Shown here one piece after another: positions 27,045 to 35,817 of a DNA stretch of 42,820 nucleotides (position 1 is the first letter of the stretch; every line of letters begins with the position of its first letter). Position numbers and translations under genes: made by a program. Under the pieces are notes generated by a model. The model was not told the DNA's origin and ran no database searches. It saw only the letters and a program-made list of their open reading frames with translations. This DNA comes from an uncultured bacterium. Lineage in GTDB: Bacteria; Patescibacteriota; Saccharimonadia; CAILAD01; BJGX01. The DNA lies in contig CAILAD010000001.1 in the NCBI GenBank assembly GCA_903832035.1, positions 1 to 42,820 of the forward strand, read 5' to 3'.

Positions 27045-27068
27045 CCCTGGCACAGTCAGGGTTTTTTT
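27043..27068 (+). terminator. Rho-independent terminator
   Basis: AGCCCTGGC-ACA-GTCAGGGTT followed by a T-run. Confidence 0.8.
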
Positions 27069-27121
27069 ATTTCAAGAATCATAAGTTTCTAAGAAGCTGT
27101 AAGAGTAGTACAATTATAGAT

Positions 27122-29488
27122 ATGAAAAAATCTATAGCCACCGCTGTCATAAAGGACGTAGGTCCAATATTAAGAAGAAATATTCTGTCTCTGGTCGTTA
27201 TAATTATTGGCGGACTGTCCCTTCTCTTGATGTATCTTGGAGATACTAGGGATGGTGCATTCCTTGGTGGCGTAATTGTAATTAATATTATAGTTGGTAT
27301 CGTCCAGGAATTTAGATCTAGGATTGCCTTAGAAAGGTTGCAGGCTACTGCAGCTGAGCTTTATTCGGTGTCCTGTGCCGGTGAAGAAGTAAAAAAATAC
27401 TCTGAAGAAATAGAATTAGGTGACATTGTTTATCTTAAGCTAGGAGATCAGGTACCGATTGACGGGGAGGTTATATCTTCAGAAGGTTGCGAGTGTAATG
27501 AGGCAATTTTAACAGGTGAATCCATCAACATCGAAAAGAAACAAGGCGATAAGATGCTTGCAGGCAGTATTATTGTTGCGGGCGCAGTAGAATTGAGGAC
27601 TATAAAGAGAGCCAACGAAAGCTATATGTATACCATGACCGAGGACCTTAAGCTTTATAAAAAATCTCTTTCACCAATTCAAAGTAGTATTCTAAGATTT
27701 ATCCAGCTAATGGTTTTAATACTGGCCGGACTTTCTGTAATTATCTTAATTAGGGGGGCCTTATCTGGAGATAGTTTTAGGTCTGCAATAATTCAGATAG
27801 CATCAGTTGCGGCTACAATAATACCCGAGGGGCTGCTACTAGCTAGTACAGCCTTTTTTGTATATGGAGCAATTAGAATAGCAACTAAAAAAGTATTACT
27901 TCAGCAGGTTAATGCGATAGAGAGCTTGGGTAGAATGTCTGTAGTATGTATAGATAAGACAGGTACCCTGACCGAGAATGATCCTACATATAGCCAAACT
28001 CTGCTTTATTTGGACAACCCCGAGTCTAAAAAACTTGGGATACTAGTTAATACCTATCTGACTAGTGAGACGGCGCCAACTACAACCACTAAGTCACTCC
28101 TAGCTGCCTTCTCAAGCTTCAAGGGCTTGTCAGTAAGTGAAAAGCTAAGCTTTTCGTCTACTCGCAAATATGGAGCTGCGAGGATACAGAAAGATAGTTC
28201 AATTATTGTCGTTGGGGCAGGCGATAACTTTTTAAATTTACTTAGTCATGAAGAAAAAAAATGGGTGATTGATAATGTTTCTGAATATTCCAATCAAGCA
28301 AAAAGAGTTTTATTTATCGGAATGGCTAAATCGGGCGAGCTCAACGACATAAAAAGCTTCAAATCCCTTAGGGTTGTCGGCCTAGTTGTTCTTGATAACC
28401 CACTTAAGCAAGGCGTTAAAAAAACTATAAGCTTTCTACAGGAAAGAGGAGTTCAGGTGGTAGTTATATCTGGAGATAATTCAAAAACAGTTAGTGCAAT
28501 TGCCGAACAAGCTGGAATAATACATGGCGGTAAGGTTGTTACTGGTAAGGCTCTAGATATGCTAGATGATCAGGAGTTAGTAGAGGTTATCTATAGTAGA
28601 CCAATCTTCGCGAGAATATTACCGAATCAGAAAGAAAGAATCGTTAAGGCATGCCAGTCGGCTAACCACTTAACTGCGATGATAGGGGATGGTGCGAATG
28701 ATGCTTTAGCTATAAAGCAAGCTGATATAGGGATAGCTATGTTTGCCGGAGCCCCAGCAAGTCGACAGATAGCGGACGCAGTTCTTTTAAATAATTCATT
28801 CTCATCTGTCCCTGACGGCGTAAAATTATCTGACAGTCTAATTACTACCCTGGAAATGATTGCCAGTTTGTTTTTCAGCAGGGTCTGGACTGGAGTACTG
28901 CTCGTTCTTGGATCGACTCTACTTAATATCAATTATCCCTTTTCCCCAAGAAATATAACCCTACTTAATCTATTTATTGTGGCCTTTCCGTTAGCACTCT
29001 GGACCGCTTGGCCGCGGCACCGAGGTAGAAGTATAAAAGAAGATAGTTTTTTAGTCAGGACTCTGCCATTCTCTGTGCTTAACTCAATAATTATTTCTAT
29101 TTTTACCCTAGCGGCGTATGCCTTTGCAGTTAGTTATGCAGGACTAGATACTAGCGCCTCCCAAATGTTTGCCTATATCAGTTTCTTTATCATGAGTATT
29201 TTTACAATTAGTATCATACCTACAGCCTTGCGAGTTGATAAAAATATTGGCCAACAATTACTTATCTGGCTGTTTTACGCCATCGTTGCATTATTAGTTT
29301 TATTTATACTTAACGTAACTACTCTAGCAAACTTCTTCAGTCTCGAAAAGTTAGATAATACAGCAACGCTACTGGCCGTGCTCGTAGGTTTTATTGGCGC
29401 AATAGTCCAGCAAATTTTAGCATCGCTAGGAACTGGATATATACTTTGGTCGAAAATATTTAGGAATAAAAAAACCCGTATCTCATAA
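27122..29488 (+). CDS. P-type cation-transporting ATPase (CtpE-like)
   Basis: LTGES, IPEGL, DKTGTLT, SGDN, GDGANDALA; QEFRSRIALERL. Confidence 0.92.
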   Translation: MKKSIATAVIKDVGPILRRNILSLVVIIIGGLSLLLMYLGDTRDGAFLGGVIVINIIVGIVQEFRSRIALERLQATAAELYSVSCAGEEVKKYSEEIELGDIVYLKLGDQVPIDGEVISSEGCECNEAILTGESINIEKKQGDKMLAGSIIVAGAVELRTIKRANESYMYTMTEDLKLYKKSLSPIQSSILRFIQLMVLILAGLSVIILIRGALSGDSFRSAIIQIASVAATIIPEGLLLASTAFFVYGAIRIATKKVLLQQVNAIESLGRMSVVCIDKTGTLTENDPTYSQTLLYLDNPESKKLGILVNTYLTSETAPTTTTKSLLAAFSSFKGLSVSEKLSFSSTRKYGAARIQKDSSIIVVGAGDNFLNLLSHEEKKWVIDNVSEYSNQAKRVLFIGMAKSGELNDIKSFKSLRVVGLVVLDNPLKQGVKKTISFLQERGVQVVVISGDNSKTVSAIAEQAGIIHGGKVVTGKALDMLDDQELVEVIYSRPIFARILPNQKERIVKACQSANHLTAMIGDGANDALAIKQADIGIAMFAGAPASRQIADAVLLNNSFSSVPDGVKLSDSLITTLEMIASLFFSRVWTGVLLVLGSTLLNINYPFSPRNITLLNLFIVAFPLALWTAWPRHRGRSIKEDSFLVRTLPFSVLNSIIISIFTLAAYAFAVSYAGLDTSASQMFAYISFFIMSIFTISIIPTALRVDKNIGQQLLIWLFYAIVALLVLFILNVTTLANFFSLEKLDNTATLLAVLVGFIGAIVQQILASLGTGYILWSKIFRNKKTRIS

Positions 29489-29498
29489 AGATACGGGT
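29468..29498 (-). terminator. Terminator for the small minus-strand gene (may act in both directions)
   Basis: ACCCGTATCT-CATAA-AGATACGGGT stem; T-run follows on the minus strand. Confidence 0.7.
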
Positions 29499-29506
29499 GT
29501 GAATAT

Positions 29507-29692
29507 TTAGTACCCAGCCCTCTTGAGGTGTATATCGACTATGTCGAGCCTACTTTGCTCAAACCTGTACATCTGGTAAACATTCTGCTCTGCAGTTCTG
29601 GCACTCTTTTTTCCGTTAGGAATAAAAAGATGAGCAATATGACGCAAGGTACTAAACGCGGTACTAGCGCTTTTTACTGGTTTTGAAACCAA
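29507..29692 (-). CDS. Small basic hypothetical protein (61 aa)
   Basis: TTGACT-17-TAAGAT promoter (29752-29724), GGAG SD, TTG start, own terminator. Confidence 0.6.
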   Translation of the reverse strand: MVSKPVKSASTAFSTLRHIAHLFIPNGKKSARTAEQNVYQMYRFEQSRLDIVDIHLKRAGY

Positions 29693-29798
29693 TTTTCTCC
29701 ATTCCTAGACTAGAAGAATTACAATCTTATCAGGAAATATACGTTGAGTCAATAATACTGCTAGGGTAGTAAGCAATAGCTTAATGTATAATAACTAT

Positions 29799-31640
29799 AT
29801 GATAAATTTAAAAAATAGTTTTATAAAGAATTACGGCTGGCTAAGTTTTGTAAGCCTAGGTTTGGCTATTAGCTTTTCCCTGTACCTTACTGGATACGTT
29901 AGGGCTAGTGAGTGGATTCTAATTGTGCTGTGCGGAATCGGCATAATACCAGAGATAGTATCGATAGTAAAAGACCTTCTGAGCAAAAAATTCGGCGTAG
30001 ATCTAATTGCCGTCGTTGCTATACTAGCCTCCTTGGTGCTCAAGGAATACGCCGCAGCAGGCGTGATACTACTAATGTTTACTGGTGGAGCTGCACTTGA
30101 ACAGTACGCTAAGGCCAGGGCGCAGAAAGAACTCAGTAGTTTACTGAGGCGAGCCCCCCGTATAGCACACGTTTTGAGAGGCGGAGATTTTATAAATGTT
30201 TCAGTTGATAAGGTTGAGCCCAGGGATGTCTTGCTTGTTAAGCCAGGAGAAACAGTCCCTGTCGATGCCGTAATTATAAAAGGTCAGAGTAGTTTTGATG
30301 AATCTGCAATCACGGGCGAGAGTATGCCCTTAGATAAAAAGAAGAATGATGAAATTTTGTCTGGTACTATTAACCAAGATTCACCTGTCGAGATAAGAGC
30401 TCTCCGAAGCAGTGCTAAATCGCAATATGAGCAGATAGTACTGTTAGTTAAGTCCGCCGCTTCCTCTAAGTCGCCGATGGTTAGGTTGGCAGATGCATAT
30501 AGTATTCCCTTCACATTAATAGCATTCGGGCTATCTGCCGCTGCGTGGCTACTTTCCGGAGACCCAATAAGAGCACTCTCTGTATTAGTTGTGGCCACCC
30601 CCTGCCCCTTACTTATAGCTACACCAGTAGCTATAGTGTCAGGTATGAGCAGGGCGGCGCGAGACGGAATAATCATTAAGGATGGGGTAAGTTTAGAAAA
30701 ATTAGCCATACTTCAGGCTCTAGCGTTTGATAAGACTGGGACTCTCACTCAAAATAAGCCAACAATTACAGCCATAACACCATATGGAATAACAAAAAAA
30801 CAACTACTTTCATTAGCTGCCTCTCTGGAGGTAGAGAGCACTCATGCGCTCGCAGGAATAGTTGTTAATGAAGCTAGAAGACAGAAACTGAAGCTTCATA
30901 AGACAACTCAACTTCATGAGATTCTGGGGGGAGGGATTCGAGCAGTTGTTAATGCGGACGATGTATATATAGGTAAACTAGATTTTCTAAAAAACAATGG
31001 TACAACGATACCTGCCTCATTAAAAAATATTGAAGCTACAGCTATTTACGTTGCCAGGAATAAAAAATTCCTCGGAGTAATTGAATTATCTGACCCGGTT
31101 CGAACCAATGCCTCATCCACCTTAAGCAAACTTCGCAGCCTAGGGATTACAAAAACTCTCATACTAACTGGAGATAAACTATCTGTGGCAAGAACTATTG
31201 CCCAAAAGATTGGTATAACTGATATTCATGCAAGCCTATTACCAGCCGATAAATTAGATATTATAAAAGATCATTCTAAGAGGGGTGAAGTTATTGGTAT
31301 GGTTGGTGATGGGGTTAATGACGCTCCGGTCCTAGCGGCTTCTGATGTGGGGATAGCCCTAGGCGCAAAAGGTTCAACAGCTGCATCTGAATCTGCTGAT
31401 GTAGTAATTATGCTGGATGACATTAGCAGGGTTGCAGACGCCGTGTCTATCGCAAAGCGAAGTGTTAATATAGCCAAACAAAGCATTTTCATAGGAATTG
31501 GTTTGAGTATAATTCTCATGATTTTCGCTAGCTTAGGTGACATTTCCCCGCTGTATGGCGCACTTCTCCAGGAATTAGTTGATGTCGCAGTTATTATAAA
31601 TGCATTAAGGGCCCATGGTGGTAAGATAGCCAAACTTTAG
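29799..31640 (+). CDS. Heavy-metal P1B-type ATPase (P1B-5-like)
   Basis: ITGES, ATPCPL, DKTGTLT, GDGVNDAP, QELVD in the last TM; no N-terminal metal-binding domain; TATAAT 6 nt before ATG 29799. Confidence 0.92.
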   Translation: MINLKNSFIKNYGWLSFVSLGLAISFSLYLTGYVRASEWILIVLCGIGIIPEIVSIVKDLLSKKFGVDLIAVVAILASLVLKEYAAAGVILLMFTGGAALEQYAKARAQKELSSLLRRAPRIAHVLRGGDFINVSVDKVEPRDVLLVKPGETVPVDAVIIKGQSSFDESAITGESMPLDKKKNDEILSGTINQDSPVEIRALRSSAKSQYEQIVLLVKSAASSKSPMVRLADAYSIPFTLIAFGLSAAAWLLSGDPIRALSVLVVATPCPLLIATPVAIVSGMSRAARDGIIIKDGVSLEKLAILQALAFDKTGTLTQNKPTITAITPYGITKKQLLSLAASLEVESTHALAGIVVNEARRQKLKLHKTTQLHEILGGGIRAVVNADDVYIGKLDFLKNNGTTIPASLKNIEATAIYVARNKKFLGVIELSDPVRTNASSTLSKLRSLGITKTLILTGDKLSVARTIAQKIGITDIHASLLPADKLDIIKDHSKRGEVIGMVGDGVNDAPVLAASDVGIALGAKGSTAASESADVVIMLDDISRVADAVSIAKRSVNIAKQSIFIGIGLSIILMIFASLGDISPLYGALLQELVDVAVIINALRAHGGKIAKL

Positions 31641-31705
31641 TTTGCATTTTGGCTATGCTTAAAAGATAATATTATTGGTAATTAAAACAATGGAGATTGA
31701 ATTAT

Positions 31706-32113
31706 ATGATTGGATTTATAATAAATAATTGGCTCAGTATATTGCTATCCTCGTCGGCAGGTATCATTGTGTCAGCACTGTGGTACTCAGATTATCTTTT
31801 CGGAAAAGAATGGCGTAACTTAGCGAAGCTAAAAAATACCGAAGACTTAAAGTCACCCGTTAACTTGTTAATAATGCTTTTAGTAATTTTTATTACAGCT
31901 TTGGTGCTCAAGCGTTTTATTATAATATCCAATCCTCTAGATTATATTAGTGCCATCAAGTTAGCTATATGGCTTTGGCTAGGATTTGTAGCTACATATG
32001 CTGTTGGTGAATTTATATCGGAGAAGAGACCCATGAAACTGCTAGCCATAGATGTTTCAAATAGCTTAGTTGTACTAGTAATAATGTCTGTTATTTTATA
32101 TAGAATTAATTGA
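31706..32113 (+). CDS. DUF1761 family membrane protein (paralogue of 21901-22308)
   Basis: WYSDYLFGKEW, TALVLKR...AIKLAIWLWLGF aligns with the first copy; ATG 31706 matches the paralogue start. Confidence 0.8.
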   Translation: MIGFIINNWLSILLSSSAGIIVSALWYSDYLFGKEWRNLAKLKNTEDLKSPVNLLIMLLVIFITALVLKRFIIISNPLDYISAIKLAIWLWLGFVATYAVGEFISEKRPMKLLAIDVSNSLVVLVIMSVILYRIN

Positions 32114-32217
32114 TTTAGTCCACGGCGGTTATTATGTGTCTATTTGAAATTTTAAACATTTGCGTATATGCATTATGTCCAGGTAATTATTAGCGTTCTA
32201 TCTGTTATAATCCTACT

Positions 32218-33021
32218 ATGAGTAAAATCAAATTATTTTCTTGGAATGTTAATGGAATTAGGGCTGTTATAAAAAAAGGCGAACTCCAGAGCTTTATAAA
32301 AAATTACGACCCAGATATAATTTGTATACAAGAGACGAAAGCCAAGCGTGATCAGGTCGACATAGTCCTACCTGACTATGATGAATATTGGAATTCTGCT
32401 TCTAGGCCAGGCTATAGTGGTACCGCTATATTCTCAAAAATTAAACCCATACAGGTTGTTAATGGCTTACCTCAAAAAATTGTGGATAAATACGATATGG
32501 AGGACCAATACGGACACCCCAATGAAGAAGGTAGGGTAATGATGGCTGAGTACGAAGATTTTTATCTTGTTACGGTTTACACACCAAACTCCAAAGATGA
32601 TTTAGCTCGTATACCACTTCGGCACAAACACTGGGATCCGGCTTTTTTGGAGTACTGTAAGGACCTAGAGTCTGTGAAACCTGTAGTTTTTTGTGGCGAC
32701 CTCAACGTAGCACATACAGAAGAAGATCTGGCTAGACCAAAACCAAATATTGGCAGAAAGGGTTTTACTATCGAGGAAAGAGAGGGCTTCTCTAATTTCA
32801 TAAGTTCTGGATTTGTTGATAGTTTTAGGCTATTTCATGAAGGTAATGGATATTATACCTGGTGGTCGCATTGGGGTAATGCCCGGGCTAACAATGTGGG
32901 GTGGAGAATAGATTACATATTGGTATCTAAGAGCATCAGTAGTCACGTCAAAACTGCTGAAATATACAAAAAGCAACTTGGCTCTGATCACTGCCCAATC
33001 AGTATAACCCTTGAAATATAA
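32218..33021 (+). CDS. xth: Exodeoxyribonuclease III / AP endonuclease
   Basis: SWNVNGIRA, CIQETK, YTPN, GDLNVAH, GWRIDY, SDHCP. Confidence 0.96.
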   Translation: MSKIKLFSWNVNGIRAVIKKGELQSFIKNYDPDIICIQETKAKRDQVDIVLPDYDEYWNSASRPGYSGTAIFSKIKPIQVVNGLPQKIVDKYDMEDQYGHPNEEGRVMMAEYEDFYLVTVYTPNSKDDLARIPLRHKHWDPAFLEYCKDLESVKPVVFCGDLNVAHTEEDLARPKPNIGRKGFTIEEREGFSNFISSGFVDSFRLFHEGNGYYTWWSHWGNARANNVGWRIDYILVSKSISSHVKTAEIYKKQLGSDHCPISITLEI

Positions 33022-33049
33022 TATAATATAAGGTAAAATAACTTTCATT

Positions 33050-33223
33050 ATGTCGAAGAAAACCCAAGAACAAATTGTAATACTAAAAAATAAGTCTACA
33101 GGAAGCAGATATTTTACCCGAAAAAATCCTAAGAATACTGTGGATAAATTAGAGTTGAAAAAATTTGATCCAAAAACTCGCAAGGTAGAAACTTTCGTAG
33201 AGGTGAAGGCTAAGCTCAAATAG
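33050..33223 (+). CDS. rpmG: 50S ribosomal protein L33 (57 aa, Cys-free; not in the ORF track)
   Basis: Translated by hand: MSKKTQEQIVILKNKSTGSRYFTRKNPKNTVDKLELKKFDPKTRKVETFVE...; promoter TTGAAA-17-TAAAAT. Confidence 0.92.
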   Translation: MSKKTQEQIVILKNKSTGSRYFTRKNPKNTVDKLELKKFDPKTRKVETFVEVKAKLK

Positions 33224-33268
33224 CTATTTAGGTAGCAACATTTATAAGTACTTGATACAATAAGTCTT

Positions 33269-33946
33269 ATGAAAAAGTCATCTCTCAAGAAATACTTACC
33301 TACTATACTTATAGTCTTGGTTATATTAATAGTTGTTGGGTTTGTAGTACGAGCTTTAGTTAGTCCTGATTCTCAACCGGCTCAGACCCAGACCCAGACT
33401 AAAGGTAAGGTAGATATTACAGCACTTAAAAATGGTGGTAGTGTGGGTGATCCCAACAGTAAGGTTGTTATCACTGAGTTTGGTGACTACCAGTGCCCGT
33501 CTTGTGGGTTATGGCATCCATACATCAAAGACACAATCATTCCTCAGTATAGTAACAAGGTACTCTTTGTATTTAAAAATTACCCACTAAAGATGCATAA
33601 AAATGCCCAAGCCGCTGCCCAAGCCGTAGAGTCAGCTAGTCTTCAGGGTAAATTCTGGGAAATGCACAATATGGTCTATGATCACCAGGCAGATTGGTCT
33701 AATTCAAATGACCCGAACTCTGTTTTTGAAAAGTACGCAAGCCAGATCGGCTTAAATGTAGATACCTGGAAGAAGGACAGAGAATCTGATAAAGTCAGGA
33801 ATCTTATTAAAAATGATGTAGCAATCGGAGACCAGCTCGGACTGCCTGGCACCCCCTCATTTCTTATAAACGGTGTACTCCAGCAGCCAAAGAGTTTTGA
33901 GGATTTCAAAAATGCAATCGATCAAGCAATATCGCAATCTCAGTAG
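33269..33946 (+). CDS. Membrane-anchored DsbA-family oxidoreductase
   Basis: N-terminal TM, EFGDYQCPSC, QGKFWEMH, GTPSFLING (cis-Pro loop). Confidence 0.92.
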   Translation: MKKSSLKKYLPTILIVLVILIVVGFVVRALVSPDSQPAQTQTQTKGKVDITALKNGGSVGDPNSKVVITEFGDYQCPSCGLWHPYIKDTIIPQYSNKVLFVFKNYPLKMHKNAQAAAQAVESASLQGKFWEMHNMVYDHQADWSNSNDPNSVFEKYASQIGLNVDTWKKDRESDKVRNLIKNDVAIGDQLGLPGTPSFLINGVLQQPKSFEDFKNAIDQAISQSQ

Positions 33947-34382
33947 GCCACTACTCGTTGCAGCGGGACTTCTATCAGTAGCCGGTCTGGTTGACTCCTT
34001 ATTTCTTACTGTAACCCACTACACAAATGCCTTAGTGCTATGCAGTCTTACGCACGGGTGCGAAACTGTTCTAAGAAGCAGCTATTCAGAATTTTTTGGA
34101 ATTCCAATTGCAGTATTCGGTATTATTTTCTATCTAGGAGTTCTTGCGACGAGTATTTTTTTTGTACAGAACAAAGAGTATCATGTATGGTTTAGTCTTT
34201 GGGGTGTCATTGGATTTATGTCTACACTATACCTCTTATTTATTCAGGCTATAATACTCCATGCTTTTTGTCAGTATTGCCTGCTTTCTGCAGCTACGTC
34301 TACACTAATTTTTACTACAACAAGCGTGCTATACTTCATACATAACAACAAAGGAGAATATAATGACCAAAAAAAATCATAA
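33912..34382 (+). CDS. Vitamin K epoxide reductase (VKOR) family protein
   Basis: CSLTHGCETVLRSSYS loop cysteines, FGIP, CQYC; ATG 33912 preferred over GTG 33873. Confidence 0.92.
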   Translation: MQSIKQYRNLSRPLLVAAGLLSVAGLVDSLFLTVTHYTNALVLCSLTHGCETVLRSSYSEFFGIPIAVFGIIFYLGVLATSIFFVQNKEYHVWFSLWGVIGFMSTLYLLFIQAIILHAFCQYCLLSAATSTLIFTTTSVLYFIHNNKGEYNDQKKS

Positions 34383-34698
34383 CATAATAGAATTTTTCGG
34401 AGAAACATGTCCTCACTGTATTGCTATGAAGCCAGTTATTGAGAATATCGAGAAAGAAAAAGGAATAGAAATAAAGAAGCTTGAAGTATGGAATGATGCA
34501 GACAATCAAGAGGTTATGAAGAAATATGAATCAATAATAAGTGAAGCTTGTGGCGGCTTTTCGGCAGTACCAGCTTTTGTTAATACCAAAACTAATCAAG
34601 CACTTTGCGGAGCCCACGACAAGGAAGATATAATCGCACTTATTAATGGTGAGGATTGTAAGAATAATGTTTGCATGCCACATAGCAAGATAAAATAG
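34363..34698 (+). CDS. Thioredoxin-like protein (CPHC, 6 Cys)
   Basis: TCPHC, LEVW, CGG..VPAF.N...LCG; AAGGAG SD; no signal peptide. Confidence 0.85.
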   Translation: MTKKNHNIIEFFGETCPHCIAMKPVIENIEKEKGIEIKKLEVWNDADNQEVMKKYESIISEACGGFSAVPAFVNTKTNQALCGAHDKEDIIALINGEDCKNNVCMPHSKIK

Positions 34699-34785
34699 CA
34701 TAACCCTAAAAAATAATTAATCCTTGTTACTAATCTGTTTATTAGATACAATATAAGCATAACTATTATCAAGGAGTATTTTAGT

Positions 34786-35814
34786 ATGAGTAAAATAAGA
34801 GTAGCTATAAATGGATTTGGCAGGATTGGTAGAAATGCTTTTAAAATAGCTTTTATTAAACATGATATCGATATTGTAGCCATTAATGACCTCACAGATA
34901 ATGCTACGCTTGCGCACCTGCTCCGCCACGATAGTAACTACGGACACTATAACAAGAAGGTCACTAGTGATGAAAAAAATATCATCGTAGAAGGCAAAAA
35001 GATTGCTGTTTTCGCCGAGAAAGACCCAACTAGATTACCCTGGCAAGAGCTTGATATAGATGTGGTTATTGAGTGTACTGGCTTTTTTACGACAAGAGAA
35101 GGTATGGAGATGCACATTAAGGCTGGTGCCAAGAAGGTAGTTCTTTCGGCTCCAGAAAAACACGATGATGAGGGTCATGAGAAGGATGATACCTTCGTGA
35201 TAGGAGCAAACCACCACTTATTAAAAGACGACCAAAAGACTATTTCTAATGCATCTTGCACGACTAATTGCATAGCCCCAGTAATGGCAATATTGGCTAA
35301 GGAAATTGGTGTCGAGAAGTCTTTAATGACTACAATACATAGCTATACAGCTAGTCAGGCGCTTCAGGATGCACCTAATAAGGATTTGAGAGAAGCCAGA
35401 AATGCGGCAGAGAATATTGTACCAACAACTACTGGGGCTGCCATTGCAGCAGCATTAACTGTTCCAGAGCTACAGGATAATTTTGATGGCTTAAGTATAC
35501 GTGTACCAACGCCGGTAGTTTCACTTAGTGATATCACTTTTATTTCAAATCGTCCGACTACGGTAGAGGAAATAAACTCAATTATAAAAAAAGCTGTTAA
35601 GAGTAGCCACAAGGACATTGTAGATTACACCGAGGATCAGTTAGTTAGTCGAGATTTTATAGGCGATCCACACAGTAGCATAGTAGATCTAGGTTTAACT
35701 AAGGTCGTAGGGGGCAACCTCTGTAAGGTTGTGGCTTGGTACGATAACGAATGGGGTTATTCGAATCGACTTATAGAGATGGTGCAAATGGTCGGAGTAA
35801 ATAATAAGGGGTAG
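34786..35814 (+). CDS. gap: Glyceraldehyde-3-phosphate dehydrogenase (type I)
   Basis: INGFGRIGR, NASCTTNC, TTGAA, WYDNEWGYS. Confidence 0.98.
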   Translation: MSKIRVAINGFGRIGRNAFKIAFIKHDIDIVAINDLTDNATLAHLLRHDSNYGHYNKKVTSDEKNIIVEGKKIAVFAEKDPTRLPWQELDIDVVIECTGFFTTREGMEMHIKAGAKKVVLSAPEKHDDEGHEKDDTFVIGANHHLLKDDQKTISNASCTTNCIAPVMAILAKEIGVEKSLMTTIHSYTASQALQDAPNKDLREARNAAENIVPTTTGAAIAAALTVPELQDNFDGLSIRVPTPVVSLSDITFISNRPTTVEEINSIIKKAVKSSHKDIVDYTEDQLVSRDFIGDPHSSIVDLGLTKVVGGNLCKVVAWYDNEWGYSNRLIEMVQMVGVNNKG

Positions 35815-35817
35815 TTT

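Noticed and set aside
21530..32217. Integrative element or prophage at tRNA-Gln
   Set aside because: No integrase, and no repeat of the tRNA 3' end seen near 32.1-32.2 kb
32830..33288. 152-aa minus-strand ORF
   Set aside because: Antisense shadow of xth, rpmG and dsbA
33381..33400. CAGACC tandem repeats
   Set aside because: In-frame QTQTQT linker of DsbA; too short to imply phase variation
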